From: Octopus bimaculoides
Taxonomy: Eukaryota
Assembly (NCBI RefSeq): GCF_001194135.2
Contig: NC_068992.1
Span: forward strand, 27,619,709 to 27,683,708
Reading direction: 5' to 3'
DNA length: 64,000 nucleotides
The notes under the pieces were generated by a model. It saw only the letters and a list, made by a program, of their open reading frames with translations. It did no database searches and was not told the DNA's origin. Of this stretch, positions 56,758-64,000 are shown piece by piece (the stretch's first letter is position 1; each line of letters starts with the position of its first letter). A program made the translations under genes and the position numbers.

Positions 56758-57903
56758 GTAAATATTTTTCATTTCCATGAGATCCTGAAATAGAATTAAA
56801 TACCCACAAATGTCCCTAAGTTGATAAGGTTGCAAAGTAGTGCTAAGTACAGTTCCTCATCGCCTTGAACAATTTCATTTATTTTACACAAATTTCGCTT
56901 TTCAAATGTTCACATTCACAAGACTTGATCTTAAGAACTATTTTATCAAATTCTTTATATGGACCTTCAGAGATTTGATGGTAAAACAGTTATTCTTTAT
57001 ATAATTTTCTGAACCAAGGTGGTACTGATATTTATCGTTTATGGCATTAAATTTGCATTTTTTCATTTCTTTTGTTTGTTTTTTTTTTAATAAATTTCAT
57101 AACTATTCTTTGTCTTAATCTTTATTCTTTAACTTTTAAGAAATACAGTAACTTCTTTACGTGTTGTTTGTTCTGATCAAGCAACCCTAAATTAAAAGGT
57201 GCATACTCACAGAAGTGTGCTCCCTCCAGATTGTTTCCTCATGACTTTCAGAAAAATGGGAATTTTATTATGAAACTTTCTACAAACACCTTTCAGATAC
57301 TATAGATAATGATTATATCAGAATTTAATGTGGAAAACAATGATGGGCACGCACACATACATCAACAAAAATGAAACTTAAAATTTTGAAAAAATAAAGT
57401 TTTAGTATGTATGTGTGCACTCACCAATTTTGTGACTCAAAGTGACATTGATCTTTATCGTTTATGACATTAATTTTTTTATATTAAATTTTGATATAAT
57501 TATAATCTACCCCATCTGAATGATATTTGTAGAAAATTTCATTAAAAAAATCCATTTTCTTGGAAGTTATCAAGAAACAAAATCGGCGGGCACGTTTCTG
57601 TCTTCTAAGAGTCTCCAGAACTATATTATGCACCAGTGATTTCCAACCTGGGGTCCGCAAAGGTAGTATCGGGGGTTCGTGAACTAAATTCAAAATTTCG
57701 AAGGTGAAAGTAAAAAATACGTACACCCGGTGTTTAAGGTTAAGGTTTTTGTTACACAGAAAACGGGTGGTGTACGTATTCTTTACCCCCGCCAATTTCA
57801 TATATATATATATGGGAGAATATACAAATAATAACAACAGACGAGGACAGGTGGTGTAAATAACAAAAGTATATATTAGTATGACGCTCGGGAATACGGA
57901 AAG

Positions 57904-57940
57904 TCTTTGACGTTTCGAGCTACGCTCTTCAACAGAAAGA
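57904..57940 (-). ncRNA. Minimal type-I hammerhead-ribozyme-like motif (Penelope pLTR type), core variant CUGUUGA
   Basis: Minus strand reads UCUUU-CUGUUGA-A-GAGC gua GCUC-GAAACGUC-AAAGA: 5-bp stem I, 4-bp stem II, palindromic ACGU stem III, GUC cleavage triplet. Confidence 0.6.
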
Positions 57941-58422
57941 ATACGGAGACAAGGAGAAAAACACGGAGAAAAAAAATTGAATAGTGTTCAGTCAACGGTC
58001 AATCATAATATATATATATANNNNNNNNNNNNNNNNNNNNNNNNNNNNNNNNNNNNNNNNNNNNNNNNNNNNNNNNNNNNNNNNNNNNNNNNNNNNNNNN
58101 NNNNNNNNNNNNNNNNNNNNNNNNNNNNNNNNNNNNNNNNNNNNNNNNNNNNNNNNNNNNNNNNNNNNNNNNNNNNNNNTATTATTTTGCTTAAAAGAGT
58201 TCCAACACTGTCTGTTTTTTATGTTTTATTTATATTCCTGCAGAACTAATGTGGGGTATAGAATATGGAATATACAATATATAATATGATATACAATATA
58301 CAATATAAAATAAAATAACATAAAAATGGATGGCACCATGAAAGAAAGTATTGAATGTAGATGAAATATTGAGTGTTCAATATAAAGGATCAAATATATA
58401 AATATAAATATATATATATAAA

Positions 58423-58462
58423 GGCGACTCGAGTTTCAGGGCTATTTCCCTTCGTCATGGCC
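58423..58462 (-). ncRNA. Minimal type-I hammerhead-ribozyme-like motif between (TA)n tracts
   Basis: Minus strand reads GGC-CAUGACGA-AGGG aaauag CCCU-GAAACUCGAGUC-GCC: stem I GGC/GCC, stem II 4 bp, palindromic ACUCGAGU stem III, GUC triplet; one extra or altered base at core position 3. Confidence 0.6.
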
Positions 58463-58530
58463 GGTATGACAGACTATATATATATAAGAATAAGCATATT
58501 AAAAGGGTTCTGTGGGAAAACTCATTTAAA

Positions 58531-58735
58531 GGCGACCTTACGTTACTAAGTCCCAAAGCTGTCACTTAAACCACGTGTGTTTATTTACATCACATCGGCC
58601 TTTTCCGTAAATGGGTGTTAGGGTTAGGGAATTCTGTCCCTAACCCTAAAACCCCTTTACGGAAAAGGCCGATGTGATGTAAATAAACACACGTGGTTTA
58701 AATGACAGCTTTGGAACTGGTAATGTAAGATCGTC
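58531..58735. mobile_element. Foldback MITE 1 (Mutator/MULE-like) with telomeric repeats flanking a 6-nt loop
   Basis: ~100-bp near-perfect inverted arms; centre gttagggttaggga-attctg-tccctaaccctaa; 9-bp direct repeat TCATTTAAA at 58522-58530 and 58736-58744. Confidence 0.85.
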
Positions 58736-58842
58736 TCATTTAAATAAAAGCGTTGGGAACCACTGTTACATACCAATGGTGCACCTGCGATCAAATAAAA
58801 AAATTACCTACGCAATTTGTATGAAAAATGCAAGAGTTACTA

Positions 58843-59078
58843 GGTACTACTAAAGCAGCGCGGACCCGAACGCGCAGTCGCGCGTCCGCGCCAGCTAGTC
58901 GTGAGTGGTCGATCCTAACCCTAACCCTATTCCTAGCCCTAACCCTAAACACGTATTCATTTGCACACGCGGGTTAGGGATAGGGTTAGGGTTAGGATCG
59001 ACCACTCANNNNNNNNNNNNNNNNNNNNNNNNNNNNNGCGCGACTGCGCGTTCGGGTCCGCGCTGCTTTAGTAGTACC
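58843..59078. mobile_element. Foldback MITE 2 (Mutator/MULE-like), GC-rich, with telomeric repeats flanking the loop
   Basis: Arms ggtactactaaagcagcgcggacccgaacgcgcagtcgcgc...tgagtggtcgatcctaaccctaaccct and their exact reverse complement, with a 29-N gap in the right arm; perfect 9-bp TSD GAGTTACTA at 58834-42 and 59079-87. Confidence 0.9.
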
Positions 59079-59346
59079 GAGTTACTAATGGATTTCGCAT
59101 GAAAAATGTTCAAAAAAATATTTTAAGATTAAAAATTCATAAAACAGAATTGTAGAGAACACTAATTATTTAGTTTTGGTAATTGTATTTGTGGCTAAGG
59201 CAGTAAGCTGGCAGAATTGTTAGAACGTCGGGTAAAAATGCTTAGCGGCATTTTGTCCGTCTTTATGTTCTGACTTCAAATTCAGCCAAGGTCAACTTTG
59301 CCTTTCATCCCTTTCAGGGTCGATGATCGTATAGTGTGTTTATGTG

Positions 59347-59529
59347 TTTAAAGTTTCAGTTCGGATGGCACCTTACTCACTCGCACCTTGGCCACACGTT
59401 TGCCGCAGTACGAAGGCAAGAGCACCCATTCCTCTGTCCTTATTGCCTCTGTGGAGTGCTTTATTGGTTCCTCCTCCGTTGTGAAGCGCACCTCCACAGT
59501 GGCGTATCTCCTCCCTACACTGATTACAT
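59347..59529 (-). mobile_element. L1/Tx1-type ORF1 (RRM-like) internal fragment
   Basis: Minus frame reads VGRRYATVEVRFTTEEEPIKHSTEAIRTEEWVLLPSYCGKRVAKVRVSKVPSELKL; GC-rich against the background; resemblance to L1/Tx1 ORF1p is by eye. Confidence 0.5.
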
Positions 59530-59661
59530 GATCGTATAGTGTGTTTAAAGTTTGAGAACTGTATGCATCTGAGGTGGAGAAGGTTTGAGTTTCTATTTAA
59601 TGTTGTCTTTTCATATTTTCAAGTCATTGAAAAACAAACGCACTATACGATCATGTAATTA
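59521..59661. repeat. Small MITE-like element with 26-bp inverted ends
   Basis: tgattacatgatcgtatagtgtgttt versus reverse complement taattacatgatcgtatagtgcgttt. Confidence 0.6.
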
Positions 59662-59663
59662 GT

Positions 59664-59700
59664 ATGCGTGCGCGCAACGACCGGAAGTTGTAATGGACTA
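59664..59700. promoter_or_regulatory. Possible housekeeping promoter element (ETS site ACCGGAAGT next to GCGTGCGCGCA)
   Basis: Exact ETS consensus and an NRF-1-like GC motif in a CpG-retaining region; motif match only. Confidence 0.3.
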
Positions 59701-59812
59701 GTATCGAAGGATCGCCAAAATTATTATTCGATAATCAAAAGTTAAAATTTTACTGAAACATAAATTTTTTTTCAAAAATAAAATCTGTCTTTCATCAAAA
59801 CTTACCGCGTAA

Positions 59813-60220
59813 ACTTTTCGGAAACTCTTAAATATCGATGTAGACATTGCTGAAGAAATTAACGAAGGCATACAATGTCAAATACTAAGCACAACATGTT
59901 CATGAAATGAAATAGAATCAGTTTGCTTTGAAGAAGGGAAGTTTTACATGTCCTTGCCTTATAATGTCGATTCTTCTTTCAATATCTTCCATGTCGTCCA
60001 GAGATGTATTTTGAATGACTTACAAAATATGGATAGAAAAGCATAACCGCTAAAATATTTAAAGAAATATTGCCAGAATCTGGGGTATTTCTGAAATATT
60101 TGCCAGCGAATTGTTTCCATTCTTTCAAAAATTTCAACGGTCTTTGAACAAGAAACAAAATTTGTAACAGACGATCTTTTACCTAAGAATGTTAAAGGGT
60201 TTGCTGGGAAAATTATGTTT
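59813..60220 (+). pseudogene. Decayed intronless ORF resembling the two cyclin-fold repeats of TFIIB/TFB
   Basis: One frame with 3 stops in ~135 codons: KLLNIDVDIAEEI...NEIESVC...FYMSLPYNVD...*PLKYLKKYCQNLGYF*NICQRIVSILSKI...LLPKNVKGFAGKIMF. By eye it aligns to the TFB pattern LGLP..V.EEA...RSIEGV...LY...P.TLDE...P.DY..RF...LG...GKNPKGLAA..LY. Confidence 0.35.
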
Positions 60221-60463
60221 TAAAACTATTTTTAATTTCAAAAATTAAATTTATTAAATTCGAGGCGATGTTTCATTTCATTATTCAAAAGGTGAAATTA
60301 ATGAAGCTGGTAGACATTGGCATAAAATAAAAGCAATATAATTAATGTTCGGTAGTATTCGACTAAACTCGATCATGAAATGAAACTACAAGAGTAATTC
60401 TTTGAGATGTAATGTTTATTTCGAAATTATTTTTAAGAATTCGCTGATTATTTTATACCATAA

Positions 60464-60895
60464 CTATTCGTAATAATTGTAGATAACATTATTAACATTG
60501 TTGATTTGACTGAAGGGAATTATAATGTTGGGGATGTTTCTATTAATACACTGAATATTGAAAGTGCAATTAGTTTTCCTTTTGCTTCGTTGGACATCGA
60601 TTTGTATCAGTTTTATTTCATTTCAAAGAAAAATATTTATTTCTCTTTTGTTCTTCTGACTAGTTTCACACAAATTACAATCTCATCTGACTTCAGTAGT
60701 TTTACTTTTTCTATCATAAAACGAAACCTTGCCAATTTGATAATAGTGGCATTAGTAATTGCAAATAAAATTATTTCAGATAGTTATTGGTTATTTTTCT
60801 CTTTTTTTAGGAACTTTCTACATCAGTAGAACCTGATTGAAATATGTTGGAGCTTATCTCCTTGGGGTTCGATATTAAATACTGTGTATTCTTAT
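60464..60895 (+). pseudogene. Intronless ORF or relic resembling a Pho80/cyclin-U/cyclin-Y-type cyclin box
   Basis: About 120 open codons including IYFSFVLLTSF...IIKRNLANLIIVALVIANKIISDSYW; after a frameshift, EPD*NMLELISLGFDIKY. Compare the family pattern ..A.IYLDRF...N.HRLIITS.L.A.K..DD...EEMNMLE..FL..IGF.L. Confidence 0.4.
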
Positions 60896-61579
60896 AAAGA
60901 AGTAATAGCAAAATAGCTGAAGTAACATTTTTGATTATCGATATCATTTCTAAAAATTATATAAATTACTGAGGTTTTGGACGCAAATATACAAGTGTCC
61001 CTCCTTACAATCACTCTTACTTTGTTTTCCTCATAATTCCCTGAAAAAGGAATTTTTAAAATGAAATTTACTATAAATACGTTTCAGAAGGTGTTGATTA
61101 CGATTATATCACAATTTGTTTTCACATAAAGTTTTGAGAGGGTAGAGAAGTTTTGAATAATTCACACTCTTCGACCTTGTTTCCTCCTACGTTTTGATGA
61201 AGTTGTTTACAATTACGTTGAAGAAAATATTTTTGAGGACTATTCCTTCGGGAATTTGATACGGGAATTTTTTTTTTTTTTTTAATAAAGAAATTTTCTA
61301 GACCTATGCCATGCCAAAAAACTATACCAATAAATACCTCTGATAATTAGCTTTCTTCCAACTATACCAATACCTCTGGACAATAACATTTGATGAAAAA
61401 AAAATATCCATTTAATAAATTCTTGAAGGGAGAGAGTAGAATAGTCTTCTTCAGTAATTTTTTAAAACATAATTGCATTCTAATTTATTAAAATGTATGA
61501 GGAAACAAAGTCAAGGTGCATGAAATATCCCCACCATCCTTTTTGTTTTTTCACATTAAATTCTGATATGATCATAATC

Positions 61580-62143
61580 GGTGCTACTTTAGTGTGCGGT
61601 CTACTGCAGTATTCGAATTTTGTGTGCAGTCTACAACAGTATCCTGTCTACACTGTAAAATTACTTTTAGCATGCAGTCTACTTTTTCTTACCCTTTTCT
61701 GTATGTCCATTACGAAAAAAACCACCAGCTTTAAAATCTCACACAAAGTCAAATTGCAGTGCAACCTGTTGTTGATGCCCGTATAATGAAAAAAAACCGG
61801 TTACCGTTCCAAATAGAACGCGAAGTTTGACTCCCTTTTCGAGGACAGTGAAATGTAGGCTGGTATTCTCCACTTCTGTCACGTTTTCGTTTTTCTTGCA
61901 TAACACTACCACATCGATGACAAGGGTCTGCTTCTTGTGATGTATCCAGAAGATTGTTTTCTTGTAAAAATGCAACTGCTGTTTTCTCTGTAAAAATTAT
62001 ATGTCTATAGAAATCCTTTAACAGCATTGTAATGGTTAAAATTAACTCAGGTTAAGAGGGTAAGAAAAGGTAGATCGCACGCCTAAAAGTAATTTCACAG
62101 CATAGACAGGATACTGCAGTAGACCGCATGCTAAAGTAGCACC
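61580..62143 (-). mobile_element. Non-autonomous Merlin (IS1016-like) DNA transposon
   Basis: TIRs ggtgctactttag(t/c)(g/a)tgcggtctactgcagtat; 8-bp TSD tcataatc / tcacaatc; minus ORF 61749-62027 with an N-terminal zinc ribbon (AFLQENNLL...PCHRCGSVM...FHCPRKG...RSIWNG.RFF); subterminal repeats; no DDE domain. Confidence 0.85.
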
Positions 62144-62684
62144 TCACAATCTCCAATGCTTGAAACATATTTGTAGATAGTTTCATTAAAAAAAAGTCGG
62201 TGGCACACAAGTACAAGTACTAGTACTGGTGGCACACAATAAGCACCATTCTTGCCCATCCCCCGTGAAACCATCTAACCCATGCCAGCATGGAAAACAG
62301 ACGTTAAACGATGATGATGATGATGTAAAATAACACCGTAGACAGAAACAAGTTCAGCTGATTCCTCTTTTACTATCCACAGAGAAATTGTTTAAAACAC
62401 AGACGTTTATAGCTTTCCAGTGAGTTTACACACACACACATTGTTGACTGAAGTCCAGAGATATATTTTGTTATATAGTATTAGATTAGATATAGTAAAA
62501 GATTGATACAGGAATTGTATTTTGAAAAAATTTTGATGTCTATTTACTGCACACATATGCATGCAGACACACACAAACACACATATTAATCCCAGATATA
62601 CCAATGCAATTTCGTATTTTTATGCTTGTCTTCACTGATAGTGGATAAGGTTGCTGTCATATGAGTTAAGTGTCCCTAACAAAT

Positions 62685-63035
62685 AACAAGCACTCGGAGA
62701 GCACAAACCTCTACCATGGCAACACCAATGTCATCTCAATGATTAGCTGGAGATGATTTTTTAAATGAGAATATCTGAAATAAACTCGACTGTTCTCACA
62801 AACGAGAATACTAAAAACGAACTTGACCTCTCAAAAGTTAAGTAAAAAAACAGGAAAAATAATCCAGAATCCTTGTCCAGTACTGGATCGATCCCAAAAA
62901 TCTAATCAGTTTGTACCAGTCATGAGGCCAAACATCCCTGAAGGTTTCATCCGATTCCATCCAGCAGTTCTTGAGATATCCTGTCCATGGACAAACAAAC
63001 AAACATAACTGAAAACAATACCTCTGCCTCATATG
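62685..63035 (+). mobile_element. Helentron-derived non-autonomous element (HINE/DINE-1-like)
   Basis: Begins aacaagcactcggagagc and ends ...ttcttgagatatcctgtcc...acaaacaaacaaac...gaaaacaatacctctgcc, an architecture typical of these elements. Confidence 0.6.
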
Positions 63036-63749
63036 AACAACACAATAACTGAGGATAATATATTTTCCAGGTTAACTATCCCTACCATCAAAATTTGTGA
63101 CCTCATAGCTAAGTTAAAAATGAAAAGTAATAACTCCTAAATTTTTGACTATTTTTAACTGTATTCATACCTTGTGTATAAAAGAAATATAATGCTAACT
63201 ATTCTGAAAAGATTAATAGAAGCAGTTTAAAAATAAAACTAATAATGAAGTGATGACTTTCTTGGTTAACAAATGTTTCACTATGCTGCAATGACCTTGT
63301 CACCATATCTGATCTTTCTCTCCGTAAAAATAAACTTTTTAATTCAATCAATCAATCTACCTAAGAAAGATATTCATTATATTTAACATCTAGCTATTTA
63401 TCTCTATAGTTACTAGAAAACAACATGACACCCAATTATAGTTACATATACACAATGCACATATTCACATACATACACACACACACATATCATCATCATC
63501 ATTGTTTAACATCCATATTCTATGCTGGTATGGGTTGGACATCTTGGCAGGATCAGATAAGTCCTGGACTGCATCATGTTCCCATGTCTGATTTGGCATG
63601 GTTTCTATGGCCGGATGCCCTTCTTAATGCCAACCACTTTTATTAGGTGCACTGTTTTGTGGTACCAGTGTGAGTGAGGTCATCATGTAACTCACAAGTC
63701 ATAGCCCATGCTTCACTTCCACATAGCTTAGCTATACACACACAGGTAC

Positions 63750-64000
63750 ATCATCATCATCATCATCGTTTAACGTCCGCTTTCCATACTAGCATGGGTT
63801 GGACGACTTGACTGAGGACTGGTGAAACCGAATGGTAACACCAGGCTCCAATCTAAATTTGGCAGAGTTTCTACAGCTGGATGCCCTTCCTAACGCCAAC
63901 CACTCAGAGAGTGTGTAGGTGCTTTTACGTGTCACCTGCACGAAGGCCAGTCAGGCGATGCTGGCAACGGCCACACTCGAAATGGTGTCTTTTATGTGCC
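63750..64000 (-). mobile_element. RTE-tail short repeat family C, young copy. Others at 5870-6135 +, 24255-24505 +, 34430-34565 +, 36103-36395 -, 38720-38882 +, 40783-40940 -, 53545-53665 -, 56090-56280 -, 62230-62325 +, 63500-63700 -
   Basis: catcatcatcgtttaacgtccgctttccat.ctagcatgggttggacg...ctacagctggatgcccttcctaacgccaaccactc is the reverse complement of the RTE LINE 3' end at 8040-8200. Confidence 0.9.

Larger units (their letters stand above)
57634..58765. mobile_element. hAT (Charlie-like) non-autonomous element acting as a nest for later insertions
   Basis: TIRs cagtgatttccaacc (57634) and cagtggttcccaacg (reverse complement, ending 58765). 8-bp flanks ttatgcac / ttacatac fit nTnnnnAn and differ mainly by CpG-decay-type changes. 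Confidence 0.6.

Noticed and set aside
58531-59078. TTAGGG runs as a true telomere or chromosome-fusion scar
   Set aside because: Only 2-5 units, symmetric inside TSD-bounded inverted repeats, so they are element-internal.

Overview
AT-rich, microsatellite-rich metazoan genomic DNA from a gapped short-read assembly (7 N-runs, several flanked by (TA)n). The SINE families and LINE mix resemble Octopus (coleoid cephalopod); this is recognition, not a database match. No prokaryotic features, CRISPR array, rRNA or true tRNA gene were found. Most of the window is intron-like DNA full of decayed mobile elements. These include RTE, CR1/L2-type, R4/Dong and L1/Tx1-type LINE relics, a Ty3/Gypsy gag-protease relic, two related Tc1/mariner relics, a Merlin derivative, hAT- and piggyBac-like MITEs, Helitron/Helentron derivatives and three abundant SINE-type families. 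Several phase-compatible candidate exons suggest an unidentified long minus-strand gene, and a few weaker candidates lie on the plus strand. The most unusual part is 57.6-61.3 kb, where CpG depletion stops. It holds (i) two perfect foldback elements with 9-bp target-site duplications and telomeric TTAGGG repeats beside their loops, plus a decayed third hairpin; (ii) two minimal type-I hammerhead-ribozyme-like motifs; and (iii) intronless decayed ORFs resembling TFIIB and a Pho80/cyclin-U-type cyclin box, possibly foreign (viral or protist) DNA. All protein-family calls come from motif recognition by eye and need HMM/BLAST confirmation.
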